From a virus (lineage: Duplodnaviria > Caudoviricetes): a DNA stretch of 55,773 nucleotides. Under the pieces are notes generated by a model that saw only the letters and a program-made list of their open reading frames with translations, was not told the DNA's origin and did not search any database. The stretch's first letter is position 1. Every line of letters begins with the position of its first letter. Where the stretch lies: positions 1-55,773 of the IMG/VR virus record IMGVR_UViG_3300047564_005519, one strand, 5' to 3'. Below are positions 27,301 to 37,227 of the stretch, one piece after another. The position numbers were made by a program, and so were the translations under genes.

Positions 27301-29868
27301 ACAGCCATTCAAAACGACGCTAATCTTTCTCCTATTGCCAAGTATATTCAGGCTGTAATTGACGCTGGTACTGCATCTGAAATAGGTAAAAAGACATATA
27401 AAAAATTGACATTCTCTGGATTCAGGGGACCAAGTCAAGCAACTGATATTCTATTTTTTGAAATATCAGATAGTTTTCTTAATTTAAATAGCATTATCAT
27501 TGAAGCTGGTGGTGATAAATCTTGGCAAAATTTCTCTGTTGATATTTATGGATATTCATCAACTCCAATCACTGATATATTTAAAACTACAAATAAACCT
27601 GGACCTGGAGCAGTTGTTGACGGAAAAATTGTTATTCCTTTTAATAAAATACAAGCATCTAAAGCGAAATATATTTGGATTCAGGTAACTGGTGGATCTT
27701 TATCTAATTTTGGATCAGATTATGGTCAAGCAGAAGGATTCGCAATCAAGTCAATTAAAGCTCGTGGGATTGTGAATGCCGATAAAGAAGTGCCTGGAGA
27801 TCCAATCGAGGTGCCTGACACTGAGGATGTGTGGTGTTTAGCTACGGTAGAAGCTCCTATCTATAATAGTGAAGTTTCTATTGATAGAGAGTGGATTAAA
27901 ACTTTTAGAAGAAGAACAATCCCAAGAATTGATTCATTAATTACAAGCTTAAAGATTGGGTGCGATAGCTCTGGCAGTTTTGAAAATGGAAGTCCTTTCC
28001 AAGATGGTCAACCATATATAGCAGACGTAAGTGCTGCGACATTATCCTTAGATCCATCCAGTGGTACATCAACGTTCTCTGAAAATGGTATTGAAATAGA
28101 TTTTAATAGAGTTCCAAGTTTTCTTACGCTTCAAAGTATAGTGGTTGATTCTGTCGATGAACGCGGTACACTCAGGTCAACGAATGTCATCGATGCATCC
28201 CTACTTAATAAAACTGTTACCTTGCAAACATCAGCAGTTGAATTTGCTGGATCTACCTTTATAAGAGAAATTGCTGATATCAATTCTGGTTTCTTTTTAA
28301 GAAAAGCATCTAGTCAACTTGATATTTATCAGAGGGTGCCAAATACAATAAATATTAATGATGGAATCTTACTTCTTTGCAATCAAGATGGATCACCATA
28401 TGGACTAATGGGTCAATTAAGTCAATATATCCAATCTGTTCAGTCCGATATGGATGGTGAGGACTTTGACGCTAGAGTGGGTAAAATATCTGTTACAAGT
28501 AAAATAGGTGAAATAGACGGTATGATATACGGTTTATATGACCTTAATAGCAGACAATTTATTGGCAAATCAATATCTTATTCAGATCTAGTTAGAAGAG
28601 GAATTGATAATATTTTCATTGGAATGGCAGCCTTTGATGCAGATGGAAATATTCATGACAATAATGAATTTTTTGGTCCAAAATCTGATCAAACTTTTTT
28701 CCCAGTTCAAGTTCCAAAAAAGGTAATTTCACCAATATATTCAGTTAAATTAAATAATTCTACATTTATTAAGGTTGGGCAGATAGATCCATTCATCTCT
28801 AAGTTTGAAGCTTGGACACTTCCAATATCTAGCGGTCAATTTAACAAATCTGTTAAAATATCAGATTCTATAAATTGGTCAACATGGCATGCAAATTATA
28901 TGGGGCAGACTCTCGACGCATACTATGACTCAGAAAATCAGGGAAGCGTTTATTGGTCAAAGATTCATGGAAGAGGATATTATGATGTTCTTGATGAATC
29001 TCCAATTATTGTGGACAATAGAACAATTCAGTTAAGAAGAGTTCCTATTCTTAATATTGCATATCCTACTGACAGAGCAAGTTTAGTTGGCGTTATTAAG
29101 CATGATCTATTTATCTACACTAGAGCTTCGGTTGACTCACCATGGGAACAGGTTCAAGAAAATATAATAAGAGATATTAATTCGGAAACCGGAACAATTC
29201 TATTTAATAATTTAATAGTTCCATCTAATCCAGATCTCATCAAAGTCTCTTATGTAGCCAAAGATAACTTTTCTCAACTTAAACAAATAGGTGGAAATCC
29301 AATTCCACTTAATCCTCTTTTAAATAAAAATAGTATTGATTTTGATTCTCCACTATATATTTACTTGATGCCGAAAGCAATATTCAAGAAAGTTAGCGGA
29401 ACCATTTCTAATTCTGGAGAGATAATTCCTTCTTCAGCTTCATATGCTTTGGTTACAGAATATTCAAACAGTAATCAAATCAATTTTACTTATGACAAGA
29501 CAATCTTTGATTCCAGATCAATATACTATGAACCATTTGCACTTCCTATCGCGATTATTCAAGTTATAAATAATCCATATAAAGATAAGCCAACATTGAC
29601 CGATGTTAGATTGCGTGGTGGTGGAGTAGTTAATGATAAGACTATTCTTGAGTTAGAAGAAGAGGCTAATGAGGTACTATCTTACTGGGATGTATACCCG
29701 CCAATGGGAGAAGCCTATACTAAGGGTGGATATGTTATAATTAGAATCCCAGAATCTGTTAAAGATCATTTCTTGGATGAAAAAGAAATATATCAGATTA
29801 TTTCTAATAATTTAACAGCTGGTATAGCATACGAATTGCAAGACATGGATGGAAATAGTTGGAACTAA
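24322..29868 (+). CDS. large virion structural protein with internal peptidoglycan-binding (PG_binding_1-like) domain
   Basis: YVKYIQFTLN...LDVDGYYGPATTAAAKQFQ...L..DGSVDSET at ~27080-27240. A GATase1-like stretch is possible (FDVLVWVP...LSSFVQANGTLILD). C-terminal DVRLRGGG motif. Confidence 0.65.
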   Translation: MKKFENITLVGNEKSIKVGKNVPNGSIGLGLFSMKDISPSNNIIMTDLSQTIPENKIVLDGISDQAKIYMADELGFLHDKNGNYNFPTNDLTIGDSFISKKMEPSKYLIDELIPEDFAHHYYISRYFIPCPPAFSLLSLDQWINTDNLQGLNLKVLNENGFDYIDQVTKRRKYRFLLEPFNTISNSEKSEIPYRVIILFDADKPLNLKLVYDKVECDENGDMFNIFLNYTETINSIPLYTSIPEESFVIDDNYRNDKIFSVKKIQDKYNEIALNKNTDSGYQVVVPKKALDDYRRFEGFNWRYIARTRKSLNYLSMDNSDELDSSINGLAKTINVGILYSSLLSDDDTTIGAYALNRLMNSPFNFVNYNFVNPISEQNILNGTLDIDKNYKEYWKLDIDDIDNDLSLFDVLVWVPSAAINDNQASRLSSFVQANGTLILDFSKMSTGTDALETQVASGTSIDMQLVIGGTLTGEISELSTTSVLTDYTKNGGWNLATTAFEKEYYGIFGSNKIEDDRAYKTYRYFDDTIVTSEENIFLKMGPDTESLKPVGVIIPYNSNTSSALVRGNIIATTFPLIDYCNSIYQLNNYDRVQDINSGLVDGSAENAVYSGVVEGPMKFLFNCITFAAYCRLQASSELRTNSSLYNFVSNWNSGWTLNQNVLLDEEREKYFLPVPDSDGFGFDILKQDKLFDRYLKDIETILPDYQRDRLSDLNSDNIEFFIEITNPDVFLSNCIRIDPNSLTEEYNIPSAYDIYQVQNPNIKILAQTLSDSPSLEVPSGYGAYVIHEKSLLAADKNPLQNRMNVLNSFKEYPYSFATSYSAYQGTDRPSSFSVNSTLTYDVVFKGTHAIKTIVYGAPTTETIKVTTNKLCKNFVSSVDSGTKVYDSSNPLNTFIYTGDINIHKDPRSWKTTAPLKSHEYVKYIQFTLNNAISSKLDVDGYYGPATTAAAKQFQTSNSLRYKDGSVDSETKSYLAWWWKNLKSSDSARYTSIITAIQNDANLSPIAKYIQAVIDAGTASEIGKKTYKKLTFSGFRGPSQATDILFFEISDSFLNLNSIIIEAGGDKSWQNFSVDIYGYSSTPITDIFKTTNKPGPGAVVDGKIVIPFNKIQASKAKYIWIQVTGGSLSNFGSDYGQAEGFAIKSIKARGIVNADKEVPGDPIEVPDTEDVWCLATVEAPIYNSEVSIDREWIKTFRRRTIPRIDSLITSLKIGCDSSGSFENGSPFQDGQPYIADVSAATLSLDPSSGTSTFSENGIEIDFNRVPSFLTLQSIVVDSVDERGTLRSTNVIDASLLNKTVTLQTSAVEFAGSTFIREIADINSGFFLRKASSQLDIYQRVPNTININDGILLLCNQDGSPYGLMGQLSQYIQSVQSDMDGEDFDARVGKISVTSKIGEIDGMIYGLYDLNSRQFIGKSISYSDLVRRGIDNIFIGMAAFDADGNIHDNNEFFGPKSDQTFFPVQVPKKVISPIYSVKLNNSTFIKVGQIDPFISKFEAWTLPISSGQFNKSVKISDSINWSTWHANYMGQTLDAYYDSENQGSVYWSKIHGRGYYDVLDESPIIVDNRTIQLRRVPILNIAYPTDRASLVGVIKHDLFIYTRASVDSPWEQVQENIIRDINSETGTILFNNLIVPSNPDLIKVSYVAKDNFSQLKQIGGNPIPLNPLLNKNSIDFDSPLYIYLMPKAIFKKVSGTISNSGEIIPSSASYALVTEYSNSNQINFTYDKTIFDSRSIYYEPFALPIAIIQVINNPYKDKPTLTDVRLRGGGVVNDKTILELEEEANEVLSYWDVYPPMGEAYTKGGYVIIRIPESVKDHFLDEKEIYQIISNNLTAGIAYELQDMDGNSWN

Positions 29869-29869
29869 T

Positions 29870-32470
29870 ATGCAAGATAAACTTTCAAGTTCTTTAGGTA
29901 CTTTTTCTCAATCTTCTAGAAAAACTGTTTCTAGTCTAATTAGAGATATGAAATTAGATAAAATAGATTTTAAATCTCTGTTAGATAAGCTGTCTTCTTC
30001 TGATATAATCAGCGAATTTCGTGTTGCGCAAATGCGAGAACTTTCTTTTCTTAATAGAGAAAACGTAATGGAGCTCTTTCGAAATTCTTCTCTAAAATTA
30101 GATCAGCTTTTTACATCAGCTAATGCAGCTGGAGTAATAATTGATTCAATGGTAAATATATTTTCTGCGGATATTGCCAAATTAGAAGAAGAATTAAAAA
30201 ATTTAGAGCTATTTATTAACAACTATGAGTTTTTAGCTGGTAAAGATGATTTATATAATGCAAACTATATAGAAAGATTTGATAACTCTAATAATGACTA
30301 TAGATTTGACAATTATAATTTTGCAATTCCAGATAGAAATAATGTTTCATTCCCTGATAGCGGAAATGCTTTTGTTGACTCTTCTACTGGTACGTTAAAG
30401 ATTGGATCAAGTCAAAGAGTAGTAAATATATTAGATAATATTAAATCTATTAAAAGAATGAGTAATTACGATAATTTTATCACCAGTCAAACTTCGTTTG
30501 ATGGAGTTTTTACTCAAATTCTAACTGATTCTTGGGCAACTACAATTAAATCTCCAACGATTCTAACGAGCGCCTTATCAGATTATGCCAAGTATATTCC
30601 ATATAATGATTCCTCATATAATGGAGCAAGAACTGCTGTTGAGGTAGAGCTTTTGGTTCCAATTAGTATGGATACAATTAAATTGACTCCAACTATTGGT
30701 AATGGACTAGCCTTAATGCAAGTAGTTATATTTAACTCCCCAATGAGTGACTCATCTGGCTCTAATCCATCTGAATCATATCAAACATTATTGTTAGAGC
30801 CTAAATATCTTTCTAAAGATTTAGAAATATCTTTTGAATCAACTTTTGTTTCTAAATTAATATTTATTTTCAATCAAACTTCTTATGTAAGATCTAAGTC
30901 TTTGCCGATTATATCTGAATTGAATTCTAAAGCTCTACAAAGTTATATTAATGATAGAATAACTGAAAATCGCACAACTTTTAGTGTCAATCAAGATATT
31001 GCCTATTTCTATTTTGCAAACAAATATTTGATTGAAGGAATTAAGAAAAATAAAAATCAAAATATGAACTATTATAGTTATAGATTCCCATTTGAAGCTT
31101 TTTCATATGATCGTATTATCGAAAACGAAATCTATAAGGCTTCTACAGTTGATTTGGGAGATCGTCCGGATTTTATTAATTCTCCTATTTTTACTAGTCT
31201 TGTTAGAAATATGTTATCAGCAATGAATGTCGATGATAAATTCTTTGAGGCCAATTTCTATATTCAGTCTGCCGGAAATTCTAAGTTTAATTTCTTAAAT
31301 TCTCCTGGATTTATGTCAGTCAAGCCAGTTAATGCTAATGATGATCACAAGAGTCAATTCTACAAGGATAATGTTGGTGTCGGCAACGCATCTATCGCTG
31401 TAAAAGATCTGCTTATCAATGAGCAAAAAGATATATATGAATATACTTTTTCTATTAAATCTATTAGCTTTATTGAGACAATAGAAGATTTTGCGGAGAG
31501 AGCTTGTTTTGTCAGTCGTAAAATTCCAGTTGATGGAGAAATTGCAGCGGTCAAGGCTAAGCTTGAGTCTTTGGATCAAAATATAACAGTAAGTTCGGAT
31601 GGATATGATTTAAAGGAATCTGTATCATTTGAATTATCTATATCAAACATTGATACCCCATCTTCTGAATCAGATTGGATACCTTTAAGTTTTAATAACA
31701 AAAGTACAGTTGATTCTGAGGTAGTCTTTTTTGATCCTAATTCATTTTTTGCTACTTTAAGATTTGTTCCAAAAGCTGATTCAATTATTCTTTATCAAAA
31801 TGGAAAAGTTGTTCATCCTGATTCCTATATTTTTAGAGTAAATTCTCAAAGACTAGAATTAACTGCTCCGATATTTTCTAGAACAGACATTTTTTGTGCG
31901 TCCTATGAAATTGACTCTTCTCTAATAAATCCTTTTGAATTAGATCTTATTAAGAATAATCAGTATAAAGAATCTACTAAGCAGTTTAAAACATCAAATG
32001 GTCTTGGTGAGCCGTTTAGTAGAACATCATCTAGTGCATCTATAACGCTTTCTGAGGTTCCTTATTTAAATAGATCTTTTGTTAGTTCGGCAAGATATGA
32101 TAAGTATTATGGAACTTTATTTTCTGGAGTTGGATATGGATATTCTCCAGTAAGAGTGAAATTGAATGATGGAACATATGCCGTGAACGTGACTAATTAT
32201 ACTCCTAAGGCTCAACAGGTTGAATTTCAGAATGGTAGTAGCACACAATTTATTCACAATGGAAAAAATATAGTTTTTAATAAAGTTATTGATAATGGTT
32301 TCACTGTCGAGTATGAATATATTCCTCATAATCTTAGATTTAGACTTGTAATGAGAAAAAATATTCCTGGTATCAGTATTCCAGCTAAAGCTGATTCAGT
32401 TATTTTAAAAATGAAAACTATGTTTTTTGATACTTATTATGATAAACTTAATAATATTTCTTTGAATTGA
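29870..32470 (+). CDS. virion structural protein (N-terminal coiled coil + beta domains)
   Basis: ATG 29870 follows the previous stop. Helical N-terminus, beta-rich remainder. Architecture similar to the following genes. Confidence 0.55.
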   Translation: MQDKLSSSLGTFSQSSRKTVSSLIRDMKLDKIDFKSLLDKLSSSDIISEFRVAQMRELSFLNRENVMELFRNSSLKLDQLFTSANAAGVIIDSMVNIFSADIAKLEEELKNLELFINNYEFLAGKDDLYNANYIERFDNSNNDYRFDNYNFAIPDRNNVSFPDSGNAFVDSSTGTLKIGSSQRVVNILDNIKSIKRMSNYDNFITSQTSFDGVFTQILTDSWATTIKSPTILTSALSDYAKYIPYNDSSYNGARTAVEVELLVPISMDTIKLTPTIGNGLALMQVVIFNSPMSDSSGSNPSESYQTLLLEPKYLSKDLEISFESTFVSKLIFIFNQTSYVRSKSLPIISELNSKALQSYINDRITENRTTFSVNQDIAYFYFANKYLIEGIKKNKNQNMNYYSYRFPFEAFSYDRIIENEIYKASTVDLGDRPDFINSPIFTSLVRNMLSAMNVDDKFFEANFYIQSAGNSKFNFLNSPGFMSVKPVNANDDHKSQFYKDNVGVGNASIAVKDLLINEQKDIYEYTFSIKSISFIETIEDFAERACFVSRKIPVDGEIAAVKAKLESLDQNITVSSDGYDLKESVSFELSISNIDTPSSESDWIPLSFNNKSTVDSEVVFFDPNSFFATLRFVPKADSIILYQNGKVVHPDSYIFRVNSQRLELTAPIFSRTDIFCASYEIDSSLINPFELDLIKNNQYKESTKQFKTSNGLGEPFSRTSSSASITLSEVPYLNRSFVSSARYDKYYGTLFSGVGYGYSPVRVKLNDGTYAVNVTNYTPKAQQVEFQNGSSTQFIHNGKNIVFNKVIDNGFTVEYEYIPHNLRFRLVMRKNIPGISIPAKADSVILKMKTMFFDTYYDKLNNISLN

Positions 32471-32482
32471 TAGGCAATAGCA

Positions 32483-34687
32483 ATGGCACAAGTTTCTTCT
32501 AATACTTTAACTTATGATCAAATTTTTATAAAGATTAAAGATTTCTATACTAAAAATTTGAGAAATGAATTTCCAACTAGTGATGATAAATTAAAAGCCT
32601 ATCAGTCACTTCTGTCAGATATTCAAACTAATATTTTAAAACCTACTGTCAAATTTGATCCAGTTATAAAAGGTGAACCACCTTCTGCTATCAAGATGAA
32701 TAAGTTTATTGATGGTCTAAGTAGTGATGTTTTAACTATATCTAAACAAATCGATTATTTAAGTGCTAAAGTTATTAATACTTTTAATCTATTTAACAGT
32801 GAAATCGGTGCAGAAAAGAAATATTTAGAAAGAATCGCTTCTAAAGCAAGAATTTTACAGATGTATTCTAAAGCACCTGCAGAAAATATTATTTATGTCG
32901 GTGATTCATTTGATAATGCTGATTTTGTTGAAGTGGAATCTATTCCAATCGGTCAAAATCCTCATATTGAAAATGGTGTTTTTACACTTCCTATCAATAA
33001 TTCTCGAGCATGGAATGCTAGAACTATTAGTATTGATACATTGAATTCTAACGGATTTATGGGCAATGATCATCAAGCAATAATTAATCCAGATCAAAAT
33101 ACCCAACAATCATATACGTATGTATATAAAAGTAATCCTAGCATTTCTTCGACTTCCGCAATCGCTGATTCAAATATTCTGACATATTTTGAATATGAAG
33201 GTTTAAATGTAGATTTAGATAGCAATCCGAATGTGGATAAATCTTTGCTATCTGAATTTGAGTTTTCATATTTGGCCAATAAAAAAATCGTTAATGATAA
33301 AACGACTGGAGATTTAGTAAACTGGTCAAAATTTGATTTAGACAAACCTTTGAAATTAGTTGTAAAGATAGAGTCCGCTGTTGAAAGCAATGCTAATACT
33401 TTAACAATAGTTCCATATTTTGGGTCATGTAAATTAGTTAAAGTAACATCCGTTAAAGCTATCAGGAGTAATGGCAGCATTACTGAGATATTGAGTAATC
33501 CAATTTATATTGGTTCATCTTTCGTTCCTACAAATGGGCAAATTATGAACCAATATTTTTATGATAAGGCTATTTTAAGATTTGCAGATATTAAGGTTGT
33601 AAGATTTGAGGTTTCTTTTGAGCAAGATTCCTATGAGCAAATCGATATAATGCATTCGTATTGGAAACCAATTTTTCCTTTAAATCCATCAGCTGAAGAT
33701 ATTTTAAATCCTTTTTATGGAAAAACCAGATTTAACCCTGACGCTCTGAGCTCGGACACATATGAGCTTATTGAGTACGATAAATATATTGTTACTCCTC
33801 TTATAACTACTCCTAATCAGTTTAAAAATTTGGATAGACCATCTAAACTAGTTAATGTTGCCCTTAAGCGTAGGCCATTGACACAGTCTGGTTATATCAT
33901 CACTGTTAAAGGATATAAAATAGATACAGATGATGAAGGTAATATAATACAGGAGTATCCAAATAATAAACATGAGATGTATTTTAAAAATTTTGATTTA
34001 AGTAATAATTTTATTTTCGATTATCCAAAATCTGTTATTTTTGAAGAACAAGGAAAAGTTTATGCTTCCGCCGAAGATGCCGCAGCTGACGTTCAAGCGA
34101 TACAAGATGTATTTACTGCAGATCCCAAGCAATATGTTGGTACTACTTTTTGTTATGTTTATGAGGTAGTTGCCGAATTTTCTACGGTGACTGTTCCGCA
34201 AAGAAAAAGATTTTATCCAGTTAGATTGGGTCTAGAATACGAAAGATATCAAGCGAAGAGAAAAGCAATTGGCATCAGAGATGTCAGCGCCTCTTATGAT
34301 CTATATACTCATAGTTCTACTTTGGTATCTAAAGTTTTTAATTTTGATTCTCAGATTGAAAGTTTAATGTTAGATGTTGACGCAACTATTGATAATCAAT
34401 ATTTAGATTCTATTGATATTCAGTATTTTGTATCTTTAAACGATTCTAGATGGATAAAACTTTCCCCGATTCAATCACCAACAAGTGGTGTAGCTGAGGT
34501 TTTGATCTTTAATAAAAATATTTCAAATGAATATAAAATTGCTGGTGTTGGATACTTGAATTATCCAGAAATTCCATCTACAATTAATTCTGTTAAAGTT
34601 AAAATTGAAATATCTAAAAGTAGGAATGTTAATTATACTCCTACTATTCGCTCTTTTAAACTTATTGCGGGGATTAAGCAAGTATGA
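32483..34687 (+). CDS. virion structural protein, paralog family
   Basis: N-terminal GEPPSAIKMN...D motif with coiled coil. C-terminal KVKIEI...TPTIRSFKL. Confidence 0.55.
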   Translation: MAQVSSNTLTYDQIFIKIKDFYTKNLRNEFPTSDDKLKAYQSLLSDIQTNILKPTVKFDPVIKGEPPSAIKMNKFIDGLSSDVLTISKQIDYLSAKVINTFNLFNSEIGAEKKYLERIASKARILQMYSKAPAENIIYVGDSFDNADFVEVESIPIGQNPHIENGVFTLPINNSRAWNARTISIDTLNSNGFMGNDHQAIINPDQNTQQSYTYVYKSNPSISSTSAIADSNILTYFEYEGLNVDLDSNPNVDKSLLSEFEFSYLANKKIVNDKTTGDLVNWSKFDLDKPLKLVVKIESAVESNANTLTIVPYFGSCKLVKVTSVKAIRSNGSITEILSNPIYIGSSFVPTNGQIMNQYFYDKAILRFADIKVVRFEVSFEQDSYEQIDIMHSYWKPIFPLNPSAEDILNPFYGKTRFNPDALSSDTYELIEYDKYIVTPLITTPNQFKNLDRPSKLVNVALKRRPLTQSGYIITVKGYKIDTDDEGNIIQEYPNNKHEMYFKNFDLSNNFIFDYPKSVIFEEQGKVYASAEDAAADVQAIQDVFTADPKQYVGTTFCYVYEVVAEFSTVTVPQRKRFYPVRLGLEYERYQAKRKAIGIRDVSASYDLYTHSSTLVSKVFNFDSQIESLMLDVDATIDNQYLDSIDIQYFVSLNDSRWIKLSPIQSPTSGVAEVLIFNKNISNEYKIAGVGYLNYPEIPSTINSVKVKIEISKSRNVNYTPTIRSFKLIAGIKQV

Positions 34688-36822
34688 ATATTTCAACAGT
34701 TCAAAAAAGAAAATTCTTGAATAATATATATAAATTATTTTATTCAACAGGCAAGACTCCTACCGAGTTTGAGGTAAGAAACGCTTTCAATCAGTATTTT
34801 CAAGTAAATAAACCAGGATATCCCGCTATTATTGACTATAATTCTTTGGCTACAGAGTCTATAGCTAATCCAGATACTATAAATGAATTGATGATCAATA
34901 CAATTCTTAATTTAGAGGTATTATTTGATTGTGTAACAGAAACTAATGAAGAAATCTTTAATGTTGTTCACACGATTAATGATAAGATAGAAAATCTTAG
35001 AGCTAGACGTAAAGAGCTAGAATCAAAAATAGATCAGTTAACTTTCGCTAATGCAAATAGTGATGGATTTTTCTATTCTTTCTTAGATAACTTTTCAACT
35101 CTTAATAATATAGATTTAAATATCACTAGTGCATTTGTTGATTTGGTAAATAATAATGTTAGTTTACCAAAGATCACATCGCTTTATTCTAACCAAAATA
35201 ATCTAAGCCAACTCTCTCTTGCCGGTATTACCAATACGGTAACTTTTGATGGCAGAGTAGTGGCAGAAAGGCAGAATGTAACAGATTTTGATGCCACTTT
35301 TGATGGATTAAACGATACTTATTGGAATTATGATCTTTCTACCGAGTCAATTGGAGTCGCGTCTATCACTCTGAGTATTCCAATAGGCGGAGTAATTGGA
35401 GTGTCAAAGGTGAGTGGTTCTTTGATGTCGAAAAGTCCTTGTTCAGTATATTTGAAGGCGATTCCTTCATCGGTATCTGAACAACCAGTAATAGTTACTA
35501 AGAATTCTACGGAAGATTATAATAGATTTAGTTTTATAATACCTTCACAAAATTATAGCAATATTCAATTAACAATTTATAAAACAGAGCCTGATTCAGT
35601 TATTAGAAGCGCAACTAAACCATATCTATATTCATTTGGCATTAGGGATCTTGTTATTGGTTCGGATTACCATGACACAGAAGCATCTATAGTTTCTAAA
35701 CCTATTGCTATACCCACTGCAGATAATAAATTATTAGCTATTTCTTCTGTTGCCCTTGACGTTAAGCAGCAAATAGTTAGTGGAACTAATATTACTTACT
35801 ATGTTGCAGCTGACAATCCTGATGGAGAAAATATTAATGACTTTGATTGGATACCTATCGAAGTTAATGAATTTGATAGTTCAGCTGAATCTAAATCTAT
35901 AAATTTAACTAGCTCACCATATAAAACAATTTATATTGATCGAGATTACTTTAATGATGGACTTAAATTAATACCCATCAATGAGAATGCAACTAATTCA
36001 AATGAACTCAATCCAATTGCGCTCCCGTATACGGGTCGCTCAGCCTACCGAGTAACTAGCGTTGGATCAACTAGGGAATATTTACAACCATATATTTTAA
36101 GTAGTCTCAATTGCTATCGTCACTACTCACTTTATAACGACAATGCTAAGGTTGATTTGCAACTGTATAAGTCATTAACTCAATGGTCATCTTACATAGC
36201 AGATACCACTAATCTGAGTATTAATAGAGATGTTTTATCTAATCTAGATAGCCTTATTAATATTACGATTAATAGTCCGTCAGTTGGATTCTTGGATACC
36301 AAAATCTTAGCCGAAGATATTAAAACTGGTTCTCACATTATCTCTAAAAGCAGAGATGACATCAATCTTTCAGTTTATTTAAATGGTGTTCTTATTGCCG
36401 ATATTCCAAGTGGGCAAAAAGACGCTAAAGTGGATTGGGAGTTTATTAAAGGAGTTAATAATCTTTCAATTCTATACGATAAGAATTTTGTTGGTTCTGT
36501 TTCAATTGATTTAATGCAGGGAGTGAAGCTATCAGATTATGGAATTATATTCTTAGATTATTTTAATTATTTAGATCCAATTGAATTCAGCATGAGAACG
36601 AGTTCCGACATCAATGCTTTTACAATTGATACTATTTTTGGAAGCAGGGAAGTTTTAGCTTCAAAAGAAATTTCTAATAAAAGTATTTTCAGGTACTATT
36701 CCAGTCAAAGTGAATTAATTACAGCAGTAAGATATCGCGCTGACTTATTAAGATTTAATAATCCTAATCAGACTCCGATTTTAGATGGAGTAAGGGTTAA
36801 GTTTAAGCATAGCGATATGTGA
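34684..36822 (+). CDS. virion structural protein, paralog family
   Basis: ATGA overlap with the previous gene. Coiled coil, then DNF..D...AFVD, and a C-terminal VRYRADL...TPILDGVRVKF. Confidence 0.55.
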   Translation: MNISTVQKRKFLNNIYKLFYSTGKTPTEFEVRNAFNQYFQVNKPGYPAIIDYNSLATESIANPDTINELMINTILNLEVLFDCVTETNEEIFNVVHTINDKIENLRARRKELESKIDQLTFANANSDGFFYSFLDNFSTLNNIDLNITSAFVDLVNNNVSLPKITSLYSNQNNLSQLSLAGITNTVTFDGRVVAERQNVTDFDATFDGLNDTYWNYDLSTESIGVASITLSIPIGGVIGVSKVSGSLMSKSPCSVYLKAIPSSVSEQPVIVTKNSTEDYNRFSFIIPSQNYSNIQLTIYKTEPDSVIRSATKPYLYSFGIRDLVIGSDYHDTEASIVSKPIAIPTADNKLLAISSVALDVKQQIVSGTNITYYVAADNPDGENINDFDWIPIEVNEFDSSAESKSINLTSSPYKTIYIDRDYFNDGLKLIPINENATNSNELNPIALPYTGRSAYRVTSVGSTREYLQPYILSSLNCYRHYSLYNDNAKVDLQLYKSLTQWSSYIADTTNLSINRDVLSNLDSLINITINSPSVGFLDTKILAEDIKTGSHIISKSRDDINLSVYLNGVLIADIPSGQKDAKVDWEFIKGVNNLSILYDKNFVGSVSIDLMQGVKLSDYGIIFLDYFNYLDPIEFSMRTSSDINAFTIDTIFGSREVLASKEISNKSIFRYYSSQSELITAVRYRADLLRFNNPNQTPILDGVRVKFKHSDM

Positions 36823-36836
36823 TTAGAGGGGCATTA

Positions 36837-37226
36837 ATGTCTAAAACATTTAAATTAAGTAACACATCCAGAATTAAAGAACCACTTTTTAGTAAAGATA
36901 GGACTAAATATAGGGCTCCACGAAATTCGGAAAAAGAAAACGCAGAAACCAATCTTTTAAAATTAGATTTATCTAGACTTTATAATCAAATGAACGCAAT
37001 CGATGCTAGTATCCTTGAGAATCTAAAATATGCAATTGGTGATATAGGGGATGTTGATACTTCTGTGCTTCTTGATGATGGTTTGTCTTATCTAATAGAT
37101 GGTGTGGAAATATATTTGGATGATATATCAGTTACTCAAGATGTTGAAATTGATACTATTAGTAAAATAAGTGGTAGATTATCCAGACTTTTAGCAAAAG
37201 TAAATAGATTGGAAATTGGTAATTAG
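36837..37226 (+). CDS. small coiled-coil structural protein, paralog family
   Basis: GAGGGG RBS before ATG 36837. YRAPRNSEKENAETN...DLSRLYN resembles the N-terminus of the next gene. Confidence 0.55.
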   Translation: MSKTFKLSNTSRIKEPLFSKDRTKYRAPRNSEKENAETNLLKLDLSRLYNQMNAIDASILENLKYAIGDIGDVDTSVLLDDGLSYLIDGVEIYLDDISVTQDVEIDTISKISGRLSRLLAKVNRLEIGN

Positions 37227-37227
37227 A